This document shows positions 35,290 through 44,666 of a stretch of DNA of 64,000 nt, piece after piece. The translations under genes were made by a program, and so were the position numbers. The notes under the pieces are model-generated. The model saw only the letters and a list, made by a program, of their open reading frames with translations. It ran no database searches and was not told the DNA's origin. The DNA is taken from IMG/VR virus record IMGVR_UViG_3300028888_000119, positions 1-64,000 of that record, one strand, 5' to 3'. Origin of the DNA: a virus (Duplodnaviria; Caudoviricetes). The first letter of the stretch is position 1, and each line of letters begins with the position of its first letter.

Positions 35290-35477
35290 GGGAAATAAAA
35301 AGCGCAGCTGAAATCTGCAAGAGTAGCGGGTATGAAACCGAGTACGAATATGCATATGCTTGCGGAACATTACGCAGTATGTTAGAGTGCATCATTACTT
35401 GGATGTACGATTATGAGGATCCGAAAATGATCCGTAACATGATTGAGAGCGTAGTCTCAAATGTAGTAGTTAAATAA
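35286..35477 (+). CDS. Hypothetical protein
   Basis: 63 aa in operon. Confidence 0.6.
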   Translation: MREIKSAAEICKSSGYETEYEYAYACGTLRSMLECIITWMYDYEDPKMIRNMIESVVSNVVVK

Positions 35478-35496
35478 TTTATAAAAACACACACAC

Positions 35497-35799
35497 ATGA
35501 AAACAAAAGAAAACCTCGTAAAACTCGGTCTCACGGAGATGCAGGCCGATGACGTGATGCTCCTGGAGAGCAAGATGCTTGAGACCGCAGTGCGGTTCCA
35601 GTTCAAGAAGAAGGACGGGTCGCTGAGAGAAGCGGTCGGAACGCTCCGCAGGGAGAAGATGGTGCAGGAGGACGGAAGCGTATGGGAGCCGGTTGGTGTA
35701 GAGAAGCCGGAGGTGCCCACATTGGTTAAGTACTGGGATCTTACGGTCCAGGGCTGGCGGTGCTTCAATGTGTTCAACCTTGTGGCGGTGGAGGGGTAG
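35497..35799 (+). CDS. WYL_2-like SH3 beta-barrel protein
   Basis: VRFQFKKKDGSLREAVGTL...YWDLTVQGWRCF. Confidence 0.75.
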   Translation: MKTKENLVKLGLTEMQADDVMLLESKMLETAVRFQFKKKDGSLREAVGTLRREKMVQEDGSVWEPVGVEKPEVPTLVKYWDLTVQGWRCFNVFNLVAVEG

Positions 35800-35821
35800 G
35801 AAATCGAAAACAAATAAAGAT

Positions 35822-36025
35822 ATGACACAGAAAGAATTAGACAAGTGGTTCAACAGTCTGGACTCCTTTGAGATCGCTGAAATCTTCCCCAGCCTTTATG
35901 AAGAGGTGATGGCATCCGCTGATCCCACAGTCAACATCAACACCTTTGTCAAGGAGGCAAAGTCTGACTGGAAGGGAATGACCAAGGAACAGAAGGAAGA
36001 ATATTACCATCTGGTGGAGGGCTAA
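35822..36025 (+). CDS. Hypothetical protein
   Basis: Start refined to MTQKELDKW. Confidence 0.65.
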   Translation: MTQKELDKWFNSLDSFEIAEIFPSLYEEVMASADPTVNINTFVKEAKSDWKGMTKEQKEEYYHLVEG

Positions 36026-36028
36026 GTT

Positions 36029-36415
36029 ATGGCACTCAATGTAAGTTATGTAAACCGCATCGGTTACTACACGAAGACCGAGAAATGGCCGGATGAGCCG
36101 GACAGGAAATTTAAGAACTGGATGTGTCACGCCAATGTAGACTTGTGGGCTGACATGTACTTCTACAAGGTATCTGAGGACCACGAGGAGTTCGGGAAGA
36201 AGCTCAAGAAAGGCGAAAAGCGTGTGCAGCTCATCGGGTTCTGGTGCGACCTTGGTCATCTCAAGCGCGCCATGAAGGATGACTGCTACCGTGGATCTGA
36301 TGACTTCCACTTCTTCGCAGACCAAATGGACGCGGACATCTGGAAGGCTGTCAAGGTCCTGGTGGAGGCTGGCAAGAAGGTAACGATAGTTAAATCACAA
36401 AAGAAAGCGAAATGA
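36029..36415 (+). CDS. Hypothetical protein
   Basis: 128 aa in operon. Confidence 0.7.
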   Translation: MALNVSYVNRIGYYTKTEKWPDEPDRKFKNWMCHANVDLWADMYFYKVSEDHEEFGKKLKKGEKRVQLIGFWCDLGHLKRAMKDDCYRGSDDFHFFADQMDADIWKAVKVLVEAGKKVTIVKSQKKAK

Positions 36416-36639
36416 AAATCTACGTAGGAAGATGGGACTTGCTCCCAGAAGATATTGAAGGATACAATAGACTTTCCGAAATGGACCATTGGGATGCTTC
36501 CGAGGAGGTTGCCCGCGAGAAACGACACTCGGACGACACGTTCATCGGTGAGTATTCTGGTGAAGAATTCGAAGATACTTTCAACCAGAGTTTCACTCAT
36601 TTTATCGATTCGAAAGATTACTGGATTAAAATTTTCTAG
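36412..36639 (+). CDS. Acidic hypothetical protein
   Basis: 75 aa in operon. Confidence 0.7.
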   Translation: MKIYVGRWDLLPEDIEGYNRLSEMDHWDASEEVAREKRHSDDTFIGEYSGEEFEDTFNQSFTHFIDSKDYWIKIF

Positions 36640-36641
36640 AC

Positions 36642-37025
36642 ATGGGACAGACTTATGATGTCAACCTCCGCGTGAGGTTCAAGGATGAGAAGGGCGCAAA
36701 GAATGCCCTTCTCGCAAAGATTGGTCGCGCCCAAGAAGAGCGCGTACTATACGACATGCAGGGCCTCCGCATGAAAGGCTTCGACTTTGATAATATTTTG
36801 GACTTGATGTCCGTTTTCTTCTGCGGATGGGGACAAAGGCTGAAGGTGGCAGACAAGAGCTGGCTATACTCCTGCTTCGATGCGAGTTACGGATGGGAGA
36901 ACGTCATGATGGACGCGTTCGATAAGATTGCGCCATTCTTGGAAGATGACTCCGAGATTAAGATTTATCCCGATTCCGGTCGGGATTATGGTTATGTTGA
37001 AAACGGACAAGTAATTTGGCAGTAA
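36642..37025 (+). CDS. Hypothetical protein
   Basis: 127 aa, FDASYGWENVM. Confidence 0.7.
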   Translation: MGQTYDVNLRVRFKDEKGAKNALLAKIGRAQEERVLYDMQGLRMKGFDFDNILDLMSVFFCGWGQRLKVADKSWLYSCFDASYGWENVMMDAFDKIAPFLEDDSEIKIYPDSGRDYGYVENGQVIWQ

Positions 37026-37026
37026 T

Positions 37027-37230
37027 ATGGCACAAAGAGTATTATTTAGGACAAAGGCTGATGCTTACGCTGCAGCGAAGAGATCCGGCGAGCCTTTCTA
37101 CACATCGAAATGTGTCTGCGATAGGCTTTCCCAAATCGCAGACGCAAAACTGGCAAGCGAGGGATGTACCGGTGAGACCGGCTGCTTTCGTGGGCCGAAT
37201 GGTGCAATCTATGCATGGTGGGAGGAATAA
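37027..37230 (+). CDS. Hypothetical protein
   Basis: 67 aa in operon. Confidence 0.6.
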   Translation: MAQRVLFRTKADAYAAAKRSGEPFYTSKCVCDRLSQIADAKLASEGCTGETGCFRGPNGAIYAWWEE

Positions 37231-37232
37231 TT

Positions 37233-37661
37233 ATGAGAATCGACGAAGACAAACTTGAGGTCTTGCTGGAGCACATTTTCAGCCTGCACGAAGCAGAAGC
37301 CATCCTTGAGATGCTTGACGAGGACTGCGAAGAGTTTTCCGGAGAAGACATTTGCCAGTACATCGAATGGTGTCACAAGCGCTACGAGTCCGGAGAGGAT
37401 ACGGAGTTCGACTCTTGGCTTGAAGACCGGAAGCATCGTGTTCACATTGAAATTTTCGCCACCGAATGCGGATGCCTAATCCACGAGAAACTCGAATTCC
37501 CCAAGCGCGGTGAGGATATGGACCACGGCACTGAGTATGAGTGGTACTACTCCCTTCGCGAAGTTACCGATGAAATCCTAGCTCTTCCGATCGGTGGGTC
37601 TATGAACTTTAAAATCCGTGACGACGTAAATAGCCACGGAGTAATTGTTAGAACCGCATAA
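37233..37661 (+). CDS. Acidic hypothetical protein
   Basis: Start refined to MRIDEDK. Confidence 0.7.
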   Translation: MRIDEDKLEVLLEHIFSLHEAEAILEMLDEDCEEFSGEDICQYIEWCHKRYESGEDTEFDSWLEDRKHRVHIEIFATECGCLIHEKLEFPKRGEDMDHGTEYEWYYSLREVTDEILALPIGGSMNFKIRDDVNSHGVIVRTA

Positions 37662-37676
37662 GCAAAATTAATTTAT

Positions 37677-37907
37677 ATGACACACATTCACCAGGTGGCC
37701 GTGAAGCAGGTCACACAGCAACTAATCAACATGCTTCAAAATAACATTATCGAGGACAATGGAACAGAGTCTTTTGAGTCTTGGTGCGAAAGTGGTGCGG
37801 TATTTGCAGAGCACCCGTCCTATGAAGCTGAGTGCATCGATCTAATGGAGAAGGTCGCACCGCTCATCGATGAATTAACTTTTACATATCTTAACTTCGG
37901 ATACTAA
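37677..37907 (+). CDS. Acidic hypothetical protein
   Basis: 76 aa in operon. Confidence 0.65.
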   Translation: MTHIHQVAVKQVTQQLINMLQNNIIEDNGTESFESWCESGAVFAEHPSYEAECIDLMEKVAPLIDELTFTYLNFGY

Positions 37908-38045
37908 TGTTTATTCTAATATATTTGCTCTGCGGATTGGCATTCATTCCGGAGTTGTTTAACGAAAAACGGTAGCGCACAGAGTATGTTTTTCATGATA
38001 ATGCTGCTGGCTTATTTAGATGATTTGCTAGCAAGGAGGTAGCCT

Positions 38046-38816
38046 ATGGCAAAGAAGAAACAAGAGATAAAGGTCATTCAAGAGGCCCGTCCATACGTCT
38101 TGTGGCGACGCGTATCGACAACCAGCCAAGGTTCAGATGGTTTGGGTATCGCAGCACAACTTACTATAGCCACAATGTTTATGGGAAAAGACCCTGTTGA
38201 GGTTTTTACGGATGTGTATTCTGGAACGAAACTAAAGCAGTGTGTTGGATTATGGCAGGCCATTGATTATTGTAAGCAGAACGGAGCCGTTCTCGTAGTG
38301 GCAAAGGTGGATAGATTCCGTAATGTGAATGAGGCCCTTGACGTATTGGATTGCATCGGTGAAAGAAACATCATTTTTTGCGATTGCCCAAGTTCAGACC
38401 GCTTCGTCCTCACGGTATTGTTTGCTATGAATGAGCGCACTGCTATCATAGGTAGAATTAATACTAAGATCGCACTTGCAGAGCGCAAGAGACAAATCAA
38501 GGAAGACGGTTGCTTCATCTCTAAATCCGGACGGATGTGCGACCATCTCGGTAGGCAGAAGGGCGACAAGAATCCCAATGGTGTTGCTGCCATGAATGAA
38601 GCCGTTACAGCTAGCGCACAAGATTGGCGTAGGACATCCGGTTTGTATACCTGGGTAACGATTCAAGTCTTGCGTGGAAGACCAAGAAAAGACATATTGG
38701 CTGAGGCGGAGCAAATGTACGAGGACAATCCGAGCGTATACTGCACCCGTGAAGGGAAACCGCTGGTCCCTGGCACCTTGTCAAGATGGTCAAGGGAAAT
38801 ATTGAAGAAGGGTTAA
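38046..38816 (+). CDS. Small serine recombinase (resolvase/invertase family)
   Basis: WRRVSTTSQ (catalytic Ser), FTDVYSG, VVAKVDRFRN, ERTAIIGRINTKIALAERK. Confidence 0.88.
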   Translation: MAKKKQEIKVIQEARPYVLWRRVSTTSQGSDGLGIAAQLTIATMFMGKDPVEVFTDVYSGTKLKQCVGLWQAIDYCKQNGAVLVVAKVDRFRNVNEALDVLDCIGERNIIFCDCPSSDRFVLTVLFAMNERTAIIGRINTKIALAERKRQIKEDGCFISKSGRMCDHLGRQKGDKNPNGVAAMNEAVTASAQDWRRTSGLYTWVTIQVLRGRPRKDILAEAEQMYEDNPSVYCTREGKPLVPGTLSRWSREILKKG

Positions 38817-38833
38817 TTTGGTATAAAATTTGC

Positions 38834-39031
38834 ATGAAAATGAACAAGAAAACGATTCTTAGTATAGTATGCATCGTCTTAATATTATTCGGTCTATACG
38901 TAATATGCACCGACGCTATCTATCGGTGGTTCTCTGCCGGTCAGTATGCGTTTAATATTTGTTATTTTGCCATGTTACCGATCCTTATTGCAGGATCTGG
39001 CTGGGTGGAATTTACTGAAAAATTGAGATAG
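38834..39031 (+). CDS. Small membrane protein
   Basis: Two hydrophobic segments. Confidence 0.6.
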   Translation: MKMNKKTILSIVCIVLILFGLYVICTDAIYRWFSAGQYAFNICYFAMLPILIAGSGWVEFTEKLR

Positions 39032-39032
39032 T

Positions 39033-39335
39033 ATGAATTATTATCGTGTTAGGGCAAATTTGTCCGGATATTATTCTTGTGAGGCTCCCAATCTCTATTA
39101 CGGTATGGGGTCTGGAATAGATGATTATGAGGTTCCTACAAATTGTGACGCTGACTGTCGCGTTTCTGCAAAATCTGAGGTAGCCGCGAAGAGACTTGTA
39201 GAAAGATACCATTTTAAATCCATTGATTTTTGTCTTGAGTGCATTCAGATAATCGGAGTCGAGAAGATTGGAGAGGATGCTGATGATGATATTAATGAAG
39301 AGGTTTACGATATTAGTTACGATGGCAGGGCGTAA
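39033..39335 (+). CDS. Acidic hypothetical protein
   Basis: 100 aa, last gene before terminator. Confidence 0.65.
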   Translation: MNYYRVRANLSGYYSCEAPNLYYGMGSGIDDYEVPTNCDADCRVSAKSEVAAKRLVERYHFKSIDFCLECIQIIGVEKIGEDADDDINEEVYDISYDGRA

Positions 39336-39358
39336 GTCATAGCGGGTAGGTTAGTCAT

Positions 39359-39383
39359 GGGCGGTTCCTGTCGCCGCCCTTTT
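39359..39383 (+). terminator. Intrinsic terminator
   Basis: GGGCGG-TTCCTGTCG-CCGCCC-TTTT. Confidence 0.65.
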
Positions 39384-39468
39384 GAATTACACCCCCGGGA
39401 AACAAAAGACAAAATAGAAATTTGACTTCCAAAAATCCACCTCCGGGGGTTTATTTAAACAATTCACT

Positions 39469-39753
39469 ATGACATTTGAAGAAAAGGTAGAACAAACAAT
39501 TTGTTTTGCTTTGAAAGACTCAAAGCAGCTGTATTGCGGCAAGATCGGATTTGTTGCCAAAGATCTAATGAACGGGTATGTCGTCAAGGTGTGGTATCGC
39601 ACCATCGGAGACGAGAACACCCTCGTAAAGAAAGAAGTAATTTCAGATGAGCAATACGACTGGGAGAAAGCCGGTTGTTCCAATGCGGAAGAATATCGGG
39701 TGTATCTCAACCGGCAGATGTGGGCTGAATTCTCCGCCGGTTACTGTCTTTAA
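39469..39753 (+). CDS. Hypothetical protein
   Basis: 94 aa. Confidence 0.7.
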   Translation: MTFEEKVEQTICFALKDSKQLYCGKIGFVAKDLMNGYVVKVWYRTIGDENTLVKKEVISDEQYDWEKAGCSNAEEYRVYLNRQMWAEFSAGYCL

Positions 39754-39767
39754 AATTTGATTTAGAT

Positions 39768-40079
39768 ATGATATCTTTAATTTTAACAATGGGCTGTATT
39801 CTTTTTCTCCTTATAGGAATTGCAATTGCTTCTTGGGGAGGAATTGATATACAGTGTGAGGGTCCAGACATCAAGAACATAATAATGTTTTTGGTCGGAA
39901 TAGGAATGATTGCTTTTGGCCTTTTCTCTGTAGTTAAAGCAAGTGAGTATTATCATGAAAAGGAAAGGCCCGAAACAGAGATTATAGTTTCTGTTCCTGC
40001 ACAAATTGATACTATTATTACTATAAAAAATAGTATACCAGATACTTCTTACGTATACAAATTTAACAGTAAAGAATAA
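39768..40079 (+). CDS. Membrane protein
   Basis: 103 aa, two N-terminal hydrophobic segments. Confidence 0.65.
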   Translation: MISLILTMGCILFLLIGIAIASWGGIDIQCEGPDIKNIIMFLVGIGMIAFGLFSVVKASEYYHEKERPETEIIVSVPAQIDTIITIKNSIPDTSYVYKFNSKE

Positions 40080-40081
40080 AT

Positions 40082-40783
40082 ATGAACACAGAAGAAAAGG
40101 CCCGAGCCTACGATGAGGCTTTAGAGAGAGCAAAACAAGTGTTAAGTAATAACTGCACAGAAGTAGAAAAACTCTGCCTTGAATGTGTATTTCCGCAACT
40201 TTCTGAGAGCGAGGACGAGAGAATAAGGAAGTGGCTCATAGAAATGGTTGAAGTATTTAGAAAAGCAAATCCAACCAACGCAGAACATAATGGGGATTGT
40301 AGTGAAGCTATTGCCTACCTTGAAAGACAAAAAGAACCGGCTCCTGTTCCAGACAAATTTAGTGGACTTAAGTCGCTAATGTTACAATATCTCCAATCTG
40401 CTGCAAATCGTAAAGACGACGCGGAGATTGAAGATGATACAGATTTATATGGTCGAAAGATTCTTGACTATGTATGGAAGTATGATGAAAAGCAGAAAGA
40501 GCAGAAGCCCGCAGAGTGGAGCGAAGAGGATAACAATGCCCTTAAATATATCCACGAACTCATCAGTTTTGGTTATACAGAGAATTTCTTTGATGCGCAA
40601 ACCGCCGCTGATATGAGGACGTGGTTAAATAGCCATTTTATTCATTGGAAACCCAGCGAGGAGCAGATGTGGGTGTTCTTAAAGGCGAATCCCGTAAATC
40701 TAATGCCTGAAGAATTATCCATATATAAATCGCTTTGTAATGACCTTCAAAAGCAGAGTGGAGAGATGAAAAGTAAACACTAA
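40082..40783 (+). CDS. Mosaic hypothetical protein
   Basis: MNTEEKARAYDEALERAK, SEDERIRK, QKPAEWSEED, WKPSEEQM modules. Confidence 0.8.
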   Translation: MNTEEKARAYDEALERAKQVLSNNCTEVEKLCLECVFPQLSESEDERIRKWLIEMVEVFRKANPTNAEHNGDCSEAIAYLERQKEPAPVPDKFSGLKSLMLQYLQSAANRKDDAEIEDDTDLYGRKILDYVWKYDEKQKEQKPAEWSEEDNNALKYIHELISFGYTENFFDAQTAADMRTWLNSHFIHWKPSEEQMWVFLKANPVNLMPEELSIYKSLCNDLQKQSGEMKSKH

Positions 40784-40807
40784 TAGGTATGGTAGCACTG
40801 TAGTATT

Positions 40808-41020
40808 ATGAAAAGTTTTTGGTATTGGGAAATTCACTTTGAGCATCACAAATTCGATATAGTAGTCAAGAAGCCGCACAAGATTCTGCTTGTAAAGGAT
40901 GAGAATGACATCCTAAAGTATAAGTTTGACTTGACTAATATGGGCGTCGAGGAATGTGATACCTATGAAAAGTTACAAGAATTATTACCTCCCCCGTATT
41001 ATGAATATAATAATGTATAG
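40808..41020 (+). CDS. Hypothetical protein
   Basis: 70 aa. Confidence 0.6.
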   Translation: MKSFWYWEIHFEHHKFDIVVKKPHKILLVKDENDILKYKFDLTNMGVEECDTYEKLQELLPPPYYEYNNV

Positions 41021-41024
41021 CCTT

Positions 41025-41270
41025 ATGAAAGCCCCAAATAAAATATATTTACACGGCTATCCAGATAAGCCATTTCTTTGTCAAGATTGGGATGTTGCTC
41101 CTACAAAGAGAGTTGTTAGAGGGCAACAAGCGGAGAATATTGCCTACATTCGCAAGGATATGGTTGTTGATGCAATTAAACTTGCTTATGGAAAAGTAAG
41201 TATGAATCCGTTTGACTGTTCCGAGGCATTTGAAGAACTATTAAACAAGGTTGGATATGAAATACATTGA
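41025..41270 (+). CDS. Hypothetical protein
   Basis: Start refined to MKAPNKIYL; ENIAYIRKD module. Confidence 0.65.
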   Translation: MKAPNKIYLHGYPDKPFLCQDWDVAPTKRVVRGQQAENIAYIRKDMVVDAIKLAYGKVSMNPFDCSEAFEELLNKVGYEIH

Positions 41271-41421
41271 CGATGACGCAGAATATGCGCAGGAGCAGCA
41301 GGAAGGACATACGAGGATAGAGGAACAAAAGGGTGGATGTTTCTACTGCGTTTACTTTCAAGGGTGCCATACAGCAGTATGGCGCAACGGGCAGACTTGT
41401 GACTTGTTTGAAGGAAAATAA
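41257..41421 (+). CDS. Small Cys-containing protein
   Basis: Manual translation MKYIDDDAEY...CFYCVYFQGC...CDLF, 54 aa. Confidence 0.5.
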   Translation: MKYIDDDAEYAQEQQEGHTRIEEQKGGCFYCVYFQGCHTAVWRNGQTCDLFEGK

Positions 41422-41433
41422 TAGATAGGCATT

Positions 41434-41997
41434 ATGAAATACATTGACGCAGAAAAACTGAAAATATCGCTTTCTGACTTAGCGGAGCATCATAAATACT
41501 ATAATGGAAATTTCCACGATGGAGTTGTGTTTGCAGTTGATGAAATGATAGAAGATATTACTTCTCTCCAGCAGGAGCAGCCGGTTCTACCAGGTATTGA
41601 AGAATCAGGCATTCCCGGCAAAGACTTTATCCCTGTTGAATGGGTAGATGCTTGCGAGCAGTACGGAAAGTGGAAAATTGTGCAGCAGGAGCAGCAGGAG
41701 AAATCCAAAAAGGACTGTAATAATTGTCCTCATTGTGTTGACAGAAAAGATCAATATGGCTGGCATTTCAAAGGATGTTTTGGTGGCCCATATAAAGGGA
41801 AGTTCATCGCTGAAATAGACAAGTGTCCATTAGAGCAGGAACAGCCGGAGGTGGATTTGGAGAAAGAGATTGATGCAGTTTGGAATCCTCGTTTCAATCT
41901 TGGTTGGGACGAAAAGTCACTATTATCAATCAACCATAGTGCATTTGAAACCATTGCCCGCCACTTCTACAACATTGGACTTAACGCAAGAAAGTAG
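41434..41997 (+). CDS. Mosaic hypothetical protein
   Basis: MKYIDAEKL, repeated QQEQP linkers, CNNCPHC module, EVDLEKEI module. Confidence 0.8.
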   Translation: MKYIDAEKLKISLSDLAEHHKYYNGNFHDGVVFAVDEMIEDITSLQQEQPVLPGIEESGIPGKDFIPVEWVDACEQYGKWKIVQQEQQEKSKKDCNNCPHCVDRKDQYGWHFKGCFGGPYKGKFIAEIDKCPLEQEQPEVDLEKEIDAVWNPRFNLGWDEKSLLSINHSAFETIARHFYNIGLNARK

Positions 41998-42032
41998 GAA
42001 TACATGTAAATAGAAACACAGGAGGACTGATT

Positions 42033-42362
42033 ATGGATATTACGGTTAATTCAAAATGGACATGGGATTGTTGCGGAAAACAAGACCTTGATTTCCCCAT
42101 TATTGATGCAAATACAAGGTATTGGCCCGATTTCTCTGCCGCGTGTGAGATAGAATTTTTGAGTAACTTTTGTGCATCCGCACCAAGTGGCGAAAAATAT
42201 GTGGAATCTGATTTTAGGCCGATTGTCCTTGAAAAAAGTGAAATCTTTTTTGGAGAAAGCGAAGAAGATGTAAAACAAAAGGTAAAAGAATGGTATAATG
42301 CACATATAGTTGGCGCTATTGAAAAAGCATTAAAACTCATTCACGATAAACATGAGAATTGA
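42033..42362 (+). CDS. Hypothetical protein
   Basis: 109 aa. Confidence 0.65.
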   Translation: MDITVNSKWTWDCCGKQDLDFPIIDANTRYWPDFSAACEIEFLSNFCASAPSGEKYVESDFRPIVLEKSEIFFGESEEDVKQKVKEWYNAHIVGAIEKALKLIHDKHEN

Positions 42363-42403
42363 GCCAGCCATCTCTACGAACTTAGTCTTAAAGCAAGAAA
42401 GGT

Positions 42404-42664
42404 ATGATAGTGTTATACATCATAATATCTTTAGTCAATGTATTTCTGCATATCGTAAGAAGCATATTGGTCATAAAGTCAAGCAAGGCAATAGCATCTC
42501 TTGCTAATTGTATTTGCTATACATTCTCTGCTATCGTAATCAAGTTTATCGCCGAGACTGATTTATGGATTGCAATAACAGTTCAAGCATTAACCAATTT
42601 TATTGGCTGCTACTTAGCGATGTGGTTTTGCGAGTGGTGGCTTAACACAAGAAAGGAGGAATAG
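42404..42664 (+). CDS. Small multi-pass membrane protein
   Basis: 86 aa, three hydrophobic helices. Confidence 0.7.
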   Translation: MIVLYIIISLVNVFLHIVRSILVIKSSKAIASLANCICYTFSAIVIKFIAETDLWIAITVQALTNFIGCYLAMWFCEWWLNTRKEE

Positions 42665-42666
42665 GT

Positions 42667-42957
42667 ATGGAACTTACAGAAGGTATCTATGCAATAGCCG
42701 AAGGTTATAAAGCATTTACAATTGACAAGGGGACTAAAGTGCAGATAGTAAAACGCAAAACAAAGCCATACCAAGGCAACCGTTGTCGTGATTGTATCTA
42801 TTGTGTAAGGGGCAAACATTTATTTAGTCCGAATCAATGGTGGGAAAGCGAATGTTGCAAGAAGAAGCCAAAGACTGTTGGTGGTCAATCAAAATATTTT
42901 TACAGCACAGATACCAATAAGCCAGCTTGCGAAATGTTTAAGGGAAAGGAGGAATAA
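42667..42957 (+). CDS. Cys-rich hypothetical protein
   Basis: CRDCIYC...CC...ACEMF. Confidence 0.7.
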   Translation: MELTEGIYAIAEGYKAFTIDKGTKVQIVKRKTKPYQGNRCRDCIYCVRGKHLFSPNQWWESECCKKKPKTVGGQSKYFYSTDTNKPACEMFKGKEE

Positions 42958-42962
42958 AGTAA

Positions 42963-43148
42963 ATGAAACGCAACAGACAATTTGATGAACTATTAGCAAG
43001 AATCCCTGAAGAAACAAAACAAAGAGTGGCCAAACAAATGTCTTGTAAGTGGTATCGTGGTGGAGATTGTGGCAAAGGATTGCCTGATACTCCTTGCATC
43101 CTTAAAGGCTGTGTTGCTTGGGAAGAATATAAGGAGGAAAGCAAATGA
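42963..43148 (+). CDS. Cys-rich hypothetical protein
   Basis: 61 aa. Confidence 0.6.
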   Translation: MKRNRQFDELLARIPEETKQRVAKQMSCKWYRGGDCGKGLPDTPCILKGCVAWEEYKEESK

Positions 43149-43381
43149 AAGTACCAGATAAACTATTCTTACATCCAAACTATAGGGGCGAGGTCGGCGC
43201 AAGTTGGCTTACCTTTCCTTTGACCGAAAAAGATGAGTGCTACATCCGCAAGGACACCCTGCTGGAGTGGGCGAAAGATGTAAAGGCTACACTCGAAAAT
43301 CAGAACGTCATAAAAGGTGATATTCGTAAAGGTGCAGTATGGGAACTTAAAGAAATAATTGCAAAAATTGAATCGCTATGA
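43145..43381 (+). CDS. Hypothetical protein
   Basis: MKVPDKLFL...YIRKDTLLEWAK. Confidence 0.7.
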   Translation: MKVPDKLFLHPNYRGEVGASWLTFPLTEKDECYIRKDTLLEWAKDVKATLENQNVIKGDIRKGAVWELKEIIAKIESL

Positions 43382-43860
43382 CAAAGGAAGAAATCATTTC
43401 TGCATTTAAGTTCATTGAGAGTAAATGCGATAAAATCATCAATAACAAAAACTATGTTGCCGACGATTTTGTTCAGGATACAGTCGAAGATATCAGCGAG
43501 ATGTGCAACAGGATTCTTGACGGACAGTTTGGTGAAATCTTGGAAACCAAACCAGATATATCTTCCAATCTTGACGAAGCAGCGATAAAGTATGGGCACG
43601 AGGAACCAATTCTCCCAGAGGGTTATAATGATGGAGATATTCCACTTTACGAAAGATGGACAGCAGATGCCTTCAAAGCCGGAGCAGAATGGATGGCGGG
43701 ACAGGGAGCATCGTTCAAAGTAAATGTTGAAGAGGTGCCACAGGATCATTGGTATGCTGGTCTTCATCTTGGTAGCTGTGCAGAGGAAGAAGAGAGTGCT
43801 TTGAAAAGTATTAGTGCAAAAGATGGAGAAGAAGTAATAGTTCAAATTAGGAAAAAATAG
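43378..43860 (+). CDS. Mosaic hypothetical protein
   Basis: SSNLDEAA...AFKAGAEW modules. Confidence 0.75.
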   Translation: MTKEEIISAFKFIESKCDKIINNKNYVADDFVQDTVEDISEMCNRILDGQFGEILETKPDISSNLDEAAIKYGHEEPILPEGYNDGDIPLYERWTADAFKAGAEWMAGQGASFKVNVEEVPQDHWYAGLHLGSCAEEEESALKSISAKDGEEVIVQIRKK

Positions 43861-43862
43861 TT

Positions 43863-44015
43863 ATGAAGCAAGAAGAAAAAGATCGTAAAAAAGCCGACAT
43901 TATAATGGAGCATACTGGTATTGATGATGTTTACAAGCCAGTAATGAATATAACAGTACTTGAACTTTATGACTTGATAAAATTGGCTGTTAACAGGAAA
44001 CAACAGGATTACTAA
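43863..44015 (+). CDS. Small hypothetical protein
   Basis: Manual translation MKQEEKDRKKADII..., 50 aa. Confidence 0.5.
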   Translation: MKQEEKDRKKADIIMEHTGIDDVYKPVMNITVLELYDLIKLAVNRKQQDY

Positions 44016-44017
44016 TT

Positions 44018-44398
44018 ATGACACAAGAAGAAAAGCAACTGTTACTTAAAGACCTTAGTACAAGATTACCATATGAAGTTAAACTTGATAATGGTCTTAA
44101 ATTACGTTCCATAGATGCACTTACACAAATTGTTAGCTGTTCTGGTTCAGATAGAAAAGTTGATTATGTTAAACCATATCTCCGTCCAATGTCAAGTATG
44201 ACTGAGGAGGAAAAGGAAGAACTTAGGCAACAGTTCTGTTATGAATGGGAAGAAAACATTACAGAACTAATGTACTATTCCATTGAAATAGGAGATGCTG
44301 ATTGTTTTATTGATTGGCTTAATGCTCATTACTTTGACTATCGTGGTTTGATAGAGAAAGGTCTTGCTCTTGAAGCACCGAAGGACATGTATAAATAA
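44018..44398 (+). CDS. Hypothetical protein
   Basis: MTQEEKQLLLKDL...KPYLRPMSSMTEEE...DYRGLIEKGLA. Confidence 0.8.
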   Translation: MTQEEKQLLLKDLSTRLPYEVKLDNGLKLRSIDALTQIVSCSGSDRKVDYVKPYLRPMSSMTEEEKEELRQQFCYEWEENITELMYYSIEIGDADCFIDWLNAHYFDYRGLIEKGLALEAPKDMYK

Positions 44399-44399
44399 A

Positions 44400-44666
44400 A
44401 TGATTATGGATAAAGAAAAGGCAAAAGAATTCATATTTTTTGAACCTCTCGAAGAGATAATTTACATTTCAAAGGATGTCTATAAATTGATTGAACTCAA
44501 TGAGGGCTCTCTTGCAAACATTTATGCAGTTGTAGATACTGAAAGTGGTGAAAAAATGTTTGAAATGGATTTTGCCTATTCAGGAGAACCAATCATTATG
44601 AGGGTGTTCTTACATAAGGAATTTTTTATGAAGCATTACTGGAACCGAAAGAAGATTGAATTATGA
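44400..44666 (+). CDS. Hypothetical protein
   Basis: Start refined to 44400. Confidence 0.6.
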   Translation: MIMDKEKAKEFIFFEPLEEIIYISKDVYKLIELNEGSLANIYAVVDTESGEKMFEMDFAYSGEPIIMRVFLHKEFFMKHYWNRKKIEL

